The translations under genes and the position numbers were made by a program. From Gemmatimonadaceae bacterium (GTDB lineage: Bacteria; Gemmatimonadota; Gemmatimonadetes; Gemmatimonadales; Gemmatimonadaceae): a stretch of DNA of 64,000 bases. Positions 58,323 to 64,000 of this stretch are shown here, in pieces (the stretch's first letter is position 1; the number at the start of each line of letters is the position of its first letter). The stretch lies in NCBI GenBank assembly GCA_044224875.1, contig JBGAJQ010000015.1, forward strand, positions 21,562-85,561. The letters run 5' to 3'. Under the pieces are notes generated by a model. The model saw nothing but the letters and a program-made list of their open reading frames with translations, made no database searches and had not been told where the DNA came from.

Positions 58323-58354
58323 GTCCCCTTCGCCGCTTCACGGAGTCATACCCG

Positions 58355-60173
58355 ATGCATAGTTCCCACCGGGCGCTTGCGCTCGCCGCATTCCTCGTCC
58401 TACCGACGCTCGCTGCTGCCCAAACGTACCCCAGCAAGACGGATCCTCGGAGCAGGCTCAAACCGGGGCGGTTGGATGCCGACACGGCATCGAAGAACAT
58501 GCGCCTGGTCTCCTTCACCCCAAAGCCGGCTGCATTCGACACGGCGCGCGGCCTAACGTTTATCAACTCAGACCTCGCGTTTGGCGACAAGTACGTTTAC
58601 CAAGGCAACTTCGCGGGCTTCGCGATCTGGGACGTCAGCGAGCCGGCCAAGCCGAAGGTCGTTTCCGTCGTATCCTGCATAACGTCGCAGGGCGATCCGT
58701 CCATCTATGGCAACCTGCTGTTCATCTCGGCCGAGGGGGCAGGCAATCGGAACGACTGCGCGAAGGGCGGCGTGAAGGATCCGAAGGATCACATGGCGGG
58801 AGTGCGCATCTACGACGTGTCCGACCCAACCCAGCCGCGCCTGGTGAAGAACGTGCAGACCTGCAAAGGCTCGCATACGCACACGATCATTCCGAGTCCT
58901 AAGGACAAGAAGGTCATCTACATCTATGTGTCCGGTAGTCAGGGAGCCCGTCCGGAGACGGAGCTTCCCGGATGTACGAATGGAACAGATCCGGCAGACG
59001 AGTCGAACTCACTCTTCCGATTGGACGTCATCAAAGTGCCGCTCGATCATCCGGAGAAGTCTGAGGTCGTGACGGGTGCGCGCATCTTTACCGGTCTGGA
59101 CCCGGCGCCGCGCGCCGCGAGCCGGCAGGGTGGGCGCCCACGCGCTCCGGGGCGATACCACGGCGCGTCCTGCTCCGCCGCTCCCCACTGGCCCGCGCAA
59201 TTGCCACGACGTGACGGCGTACCCCGCTGCCAAGCTCCTCGCTGGTGCGTGTGGCAGCTATGGCCTTCTCGTCGATGTGTCGAATCCGGAGAAGCCGGTG
59301 CGACTCGATGCCAGGGCAGACACGAACTTCTCGCTCTGGCACACCGCAGTGTTCAGCAACGACGGCAAGAAGGTCGTGTTCACGGACGAGTGGGGTGGAG
59401 GCACGTCGCCGATGTGCCAGGCCAATTCGATGATGGAGATGGGTGGGAACACCATCCTCACGATCGACAAGGATCGCAAGTACACACAGCACGCCTACTA
59501 CAAGATCAATACAGCTCAAACAGCCGAGGAAAATTGCGTGTCGCATAACGGGGGCCTGATTCCGGTGCCCGGGCGCGACATCATGGTGCAAGGCTGGTAT
59601 CAGGGTGGCGTCAGCGTGATGGACTTTACGAACGCGGATCATCCGACGGAGCTGGCGTACTTCGATCGCGGGTCGATCGATCCGCCGCCAGGCGTCGACG
59701 TCCCGGTGACCCCACCGCCCGCCGGCGGTCGTGGCAATCGTGGCACGATAGGCGGCTCGTGGGGCGCTTACTACTGGAACGGCATGATCTACTCCTCCGA
59801 ACTCGACCGCGGCTTCGACATCCTCGAATTGCAGCCGAGTGACCAGCTTTCGAAGAATGAGATCGAGGCAGCGAAGCTCGTTAGGTTCGCACAATACAAT
59901 CCGCAGAGCCAACCGAAGATCGAATGGCCGGCCGCTTTCCCGGTCGTGCGTTCGTACCTGGACCAATTGGTGCGCGGAAAGGGGCTGGCGGCCGAGCGTA
60001 CGACAGCGATCGGGAGCGCACTGGACGCGGCGGAGCAGCAGAGTGGCAAGGCGCGTCGCAATGCGCTGAGCGCCCTCGCGAAGCAAGTGGACAAGGATGT
60101 GTCGTCGGCGACAGACCCGGATCGGGTGAAGGCGATGTCTGACGCCATCAAGGCATTGGCGAAGGCGTCGTAG
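58355..60173 (+). pseudogene. LVIVD-repeat secreted protein, frameshifted near 59150 (possibly sequencing error)
   Basis: NSDLAF, QGDPS, GSHTHT in the first ORF; CHDVT, DEWGGG, ENCVSHNG in the second; frames join at the G-run 59149-59152. Confidence 0.8.
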
Positions 60174-60204
60174 CCGGCTGGCGCATTCCTGTCGCGGTAT
60201 GAAT

Positions 60205-60255
60205 GGGGGCCGAAGGCTCGGGAGCGCATCCGCGGCTCTCGAGCCTTCGGCCCTC
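60205..60255 (+). terminator. Long GC-rich hairpin after the LVIVD gene
   Basis: GGGGGCCGAAGGCTCGGGAGC / GCTCTCGAGCCTTCGGCCCTC, ~21-bp stem, pyrimidine-rich tail. Confidence 0.65.
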
Positions 60256-60620
60256 TCCCTTCCTGTATGGCCTCGGCGCTCAGTCAGAACGACGCGTTTG
60301 GCGAGCCCGCCATTTATTCTTCGCACTGGATCGAGCAGGGCGTCGTGGGTGTTCTCGGACGCGTGAGGTTACGCCTGCGCCTATCATCCGAGTGAAAGCT
60401 CCCTGAACGAAACCGGCATCGCCGACCACGCGCCGAGCATCCGACCCGTTGTTCGTCGAGGTGGTCTTGCCAGCGTGGTGTCCGTATACGGCTGAGTTCC
60501 CGGGATTCCCCGACAGCAGGCGAGCCGTTTTTGTCACTGCCGGTTTACCGACTGAGCATAGAATAGGTGGTGATCGCATACTGGCACGCGAACCACCCTG
60601 ACACACAGCGGAGTAACACG

Positions 60621-62786
60621 ATGCACGAATCTCGCCGCCTTTCCGTACGCCCGGTCCTGTTGGGACTGAGTTTGAGCGCGTCCCTCGCCTGCGCCGGGCG
60701 AACGGCAGCGGTGGTGGCGTCGCCGTCGCCAGCCGCAACGACTCAATCGTCGCTGACGGTGACGCCCACATCGCCGATCAAGGAGTTCGGGACGATGTGG
60801 ACGTTCGATGCTCCACCGCTCCAGTACTGGAAGGCGCGGTACGGCTTCGATGCGACCCCGGAGTGGCTGGAGCACGTACGGTTGTCGGCCGTGCGCATTC
60901 CAGGGTGCTCGGCATCGATCGTCTCGTCCGGTGGACTGGTGATGACGAACCATCACTGCGCGCGCGAGTGCACGACGGAGGCTTCACCGCGGGACTCGAA
61001 CTACATCGAGACGGGATTCGTGGCGGCGACCTTGGCCGATGAAAAGAAATGTCGGGGCATCACGGCCGATCAGCTGCAATCGATCGAAGACGTTACGAAT
61101 CGAGTGCAATCCACGGTCACGGCGACCGATGCGACGGCGCAAGCACAGCAACGCTCGGCGGCCGTGTCACAGATTCAGTCGCAGTGCGCCCAAGCCACCG
61201 GCATGGTCTGCCAGGTGGTGTCGTTTTATCAAGGTGGCAGGTACTCCCTCTATCGTTTCAAGCGATACACGGACGTCCGGCTGGTGATGGCGCCGGAAGG
61301 TGACATCGCATTCTACGGCGGAGATCCCGACAACTTCACCTTCCCGCGATACGACCTGGATTTGACCCTCCTGCGGATCTACGAGGACAATGCGCCGCTC
61401 AAGGCCACGCACTATCTGAAGTGGAGTGCCGCTGGGCCGCAGGATGGAGAGCTCGCCTTTGTCGTTGGCAATCCTGGCAGCACGGGCCGGCTGAATACCA
61501 TGGCGCAGATGGCCTACCTGCGCGACGCCCAGTATCCGAACCAGCTTGACCAGCTCAAACGACAGAATGCTGCGCTGAAGGCGATCGTTGCCGCTGGCGG
61601 GGAGGAGGAGAAGCGCGAGTACCAGGACGCCATCTTCTCGTACGAGAATTCGATCAAGGCGATCACTGGCTACCGAAGTGGCCTCGTGGATAGCGCGCTC
61701 ATGGCGCGGAAGGCGGCGTTCGAGCGCGACTTCCGCTCGCGCATCAATGCCAACCCCGACACACGAGCCAAGTTCGGAGGCGCGTGGGACGCGATCGCGG
61801 CCGCCAATGCAGAGCGAGGCTCATATGTCACCCAAGCGCGCTTTCACGGGGCGGGCGGGTCGCAGTTGCTCGGCCTGGTGTTGCAGATGGTCCGAATCCC
61901 TGCGGAGGAAGCGAAGCCGGATTCGTTGCGGTTGCCGGCCATGCGCGGGACCGCCATTGCGCAGGTCAAGGCGGCCGCTGGCCGAGCGATTCCGTTCGAT
62001 CTTCGGCAGGAGCGTGCCTTCTTGACCACGCAGTGGGAGGCCGCCTTGGCGGCGCTCGGTCGGAACGACCCATTCGTGCGGGCGGCCATGGGCGATCGTT
62101 CTGCCGCGGATGCCGTGCAGGCGCTCTTCTCGGCGACGCGAATGACCGATCCCGCAGCGCGAAAGGCGCTGGTGGATGGTGGAGCGGGTGCGGTTGAGGC
62201 CAGCACGGATCCCATGGTGGTCTTGGCGCGGGCGATAGATCCGCTGAATCGGGCGCACGTCGTACGAACCGCGGCCCTGACAGCCGTGCTGGCGGCAAAT
62301 GGAGAGAAGATTGGCCAGGCGATATACGCGGCGAACCGAACGATGCTTCCGCCAGACGCAACGTTCACGCTGCGGATTTCGGACGGTGTGGTGAAGGGCT
62401 ATCCGATGAATGGGACCGTGGCGCCATTCAAGACGTCGTTCTTTGGGCTATATGGGCGTGCGGCGGAGTTCGACGGCCGTCCGCCCTTCGCGTTGCCAAA
62501 GCGGTGGGTCGAGCGCCGGGACCGTCTGGACTTGAGCACACCGTTTGATTTCGTCAGCACCAACGACATCATCGGCGGCAACTCGGGAAGCCCTGTCGTC
62601 AATCGGGCGGGAGAGGTCGTGGGCCTGATTTTCGACTCGAACATCGAGTCCTTGCCGAACAACTTCATCTTCACGGACGAGGTGGCTCGGTCCGTGAGTG
62701 TGCATTCGCGCGCGATTCCTGCGGCGCTGCGCGCGATCTACGATGCTGGCCGTATTGCCGACGAGCTGGAGGGCAAGGCCCGGTAG
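60621..62786 (+). CDS. S46 family dipeptidyl peptidase (DPP7/DPP11-like)
   Basis: MWTF, TNHHC, GGDPDNF.FPR, GNPGST, PDATFTLR, DIIGGNSGSP. Confidence 0.93.
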   Translation: MHESRRLSVRPVLLGLSLSASLACAGRTAAVVASPSPAATTQSSLTVTPTSPIKEFGTMWTFDAPPLQYWKARYGFDATPEWLEHVRLSAVRIPGCSASIVSSGGLVMTNHHCARECTTEASPRDSNYIETGFVAATLADEKKCRGITADQLQSIEDVTNRVQSTVTATDATAQAQQRSAAVSQIQSQCAQATGMVCQVVSFYQGGRYSLYRFKRYTDVRLVMAPEGDIAFYGGDPDNFTFPRYDLDLTLLRIYEDNAPLKATHYLKWSAAGPQDGELAFVVGNPGSTGRLNTMAQMAYLRDAQYPNQLDQLKRQNAALKAIVAAGGEEEKREYQDAIFSYENSIKAITGYRSGLVDSALMARKAAFERDFRSRINANPDTRAKFGGAWDAIAAANAERGSYVTQARFHGAGGSQLLGLVLQMVRIPAEEAKPDSLRLPAMRGTAIAQVKAAAGRAIPFDLRQERAFLTTQWEAALAALGRNDPFVRAAMGDRSAADAVQALFSATRMTDPAARKALVDGGAGAVEASTDPMVVLARAIDPLNRAHVVRTAALTAVLAANGEKIGQAIYAANRTMLPPDATFTLRISDGVVKGYPMNGTVAPFKTSFFGLYGRAAEFDGRPPFALPKRWVERRDRLDLSTPFDFVSTNDIIGGNSGSPVVNRAGEVVGLIFDSNIESLPNNFIFTDEVARSVSVHSRAIPAALRAIYDAGRIADELEGKAR

Positions 62787-62909
62787 ATGCCGTCGATGTG
62801 CGCGCTGCTGTGAGGTCAATCGGCGGGCGACAACAAAGGGGACTCGCTCTGCAGCCCTCCGTTGTCGCGCCGCCCATGCCACTGGCGAGGTGCCAACCTG
62901 CCGTGTGTC

Positions 62910-64000
62910 CTACGGCAGGCCGGCGAAGAACGCCAAGGTCGCCTGGTCCGCCCAAGAGAAGAAGCCGTGCTCGCCGTAACTGTTCTCGAGGCAATCCTGA
63001 ATCACGGAGAGCAAGGCGGTGGAGCTGAACTGGCTCGGAACGAGCGCACGCCAGGTCGACTGTTGGCGAATCGGATCGATGTTCAGGTACCCATTCGCGT
63101 CCAAGACCCCGCCGGCCTTGAGCGCCAGGAAGATCGTGTTCGATGCGTTGGCATCGATGCTCGGAATTTTCGCAAACAGCGTCGGGTACACGGGCGCCGC
63201 GCCGTACAGCTGATACTCTCCCTTCAATCCGCGCGCGACCATCGCCGACGCGTAACGCTGGGCGTCGCCGTTGTTGACGAGGTTGTTCGAGTCGCGCGCC
63301 CGCATGTTGAAGCGCGTGGGAACGGTCAGGCTCAACATCAGCGAATCGCCGTCGCCTTGTGACACGTAGTTGGCGATCCCCCTGAACCCAAGCAACGGTG
63401 CGACGCGAACTGTGAATCGTCCTCCTTGGCTCGTTCCGACACCGTAGATCGGAGTCGATGACGAGATTGCGCCCGACTGCCGCAACGCGCTGATCGCCTG
63501 CTGCACGTGCTGAACGTCGACGTTGGCCATGGAGATCGGGGCAATCGCCCAGCGTCCGACCGTGTCACTGCTCAGGGCTGCGACACCCCAGCCGGCTGCA
63601 ACCGCCTCACGGACGAAGGCATAGTGCTCCGGCCGCGTGTACCACGCCATGGCATCGTGGCCTGCGCCATGGAACAGGAATATCAGGCCCTTCGGATTCG
63701 ACGGGATGGTGAAGCGAAGGTCTTTTCCACTGATCGTGAGCAATGATGGCTGCGGTGGACCACTCGCCTTCATCACTGCCGTGAGCGTTACGGCCGCAGA
63801 CGTCCGCACCATGGTCGCATGGGCAGACTTCGCATCGTCCAGGACCTGCGTGTCCCCGGTCCAATGATCGAAGATCTGCGATGATGAGGGCGAGTAGTCG
63901 GCGATCATGTGCAGAGTCCCACCGACCGACGAGTCCCCGACCATGATGGCATTCGCAACGGTGATGGCCCCGTTGCCGCTGCCGCCACCACCCCCACCAC
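62910..64000 (-). CDS. Secreted alpha/beta hydrolase-like protein (5' partial)
   Basis: FHGAG, GTSQGG nucleophile elbow, C-terminal EHGF; frame continues to the window edge. Confidence 0.7.
   Translation of the reverse strand, partial: GGGGGGSGNGAITVANAIMVGDSSVGGTLHMIADYSPSSSQIFDHWTGDTQVLDDAKSAHATMVRTSAAVTLTAVMKASGPPQPSLLTISGKDLRFTIPSNPKGLIFLFHGAGHDAMAWYTRPEHYAFVREAVAAGWGVAALSSDTVGRWAIAPISMANVDVQHVQQAISALRQSGAISSSTPIYGVGTSQGGRFTVRVAPLLGFRGIANYVSQGDGDSLMLSLTVPTRFNMRARDSNNLVNNGDAQRYASAMVARGLKGEYQLYGAAPVYPTLFAKIPSIDANASNTIFLALKAGGVLDANGYLNIDPIRQQSTWRALVPSQFSSTALLSVIQDCLENSYGEHGFFSWADQATLAFFAGLP

Noticed and set aside
246..58557. GTTAGGC/GCCTAAC as integron attC core sites (GTTRRRY/RYYYAAC)
   Set aside because: Most copies lie inside housekeeping CDSs, they are not paired as attC hairpins after genes, and no integrase is present

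Overview
High-GC bacterial chromosomal segment; gene content and style suggest Gemmatimonadota (inference, not verified). It holds about 55 mostly housekeeping or envelope genes and two tRNAs: Ala-CGC, and Gln-CTG with an apparent 7-nt T-arm deletion. Main points of interest: (1) an operon of DUF4956, a CYTH-like/Nudix-like/PPK1 fusion, an SdiA-regulated propeller and a kinase-like/Omp85 fusion, plus a second DUF4956 coupled to a CotH-like kinase, suggesting a polyphosphate synthesis/export system; (2) an orphan N6-adenine MTase + SNF2-like helicase pair, in a window where the asymmetric heptamer GTTAGGC/GCCTAAC is over-represented (30 exact copies counted by eye); (3) a candidate ~140-nt structured ncRNA with a duplicated, covarying 24-nt module directly after tRNA-Ala; (4) a ~5.6-copy 91-bp tandem array after tRNA-Gln, each unit carrying an antisense copy of the tRNA 3' end, next to an MqsR-MqsA-SecB toxin-antitoxin-chaperone operon whose antitoxin ends in an SsrA-like ALAA. 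Several lesions may be sequencing or assembly errors: a premature stop in the HAF gene, a substitution cluster in mntR, the tRNA-Gln deletion and a frameshift in the LVIVD gene. All product calls come from motif recognition only; no searches were run.
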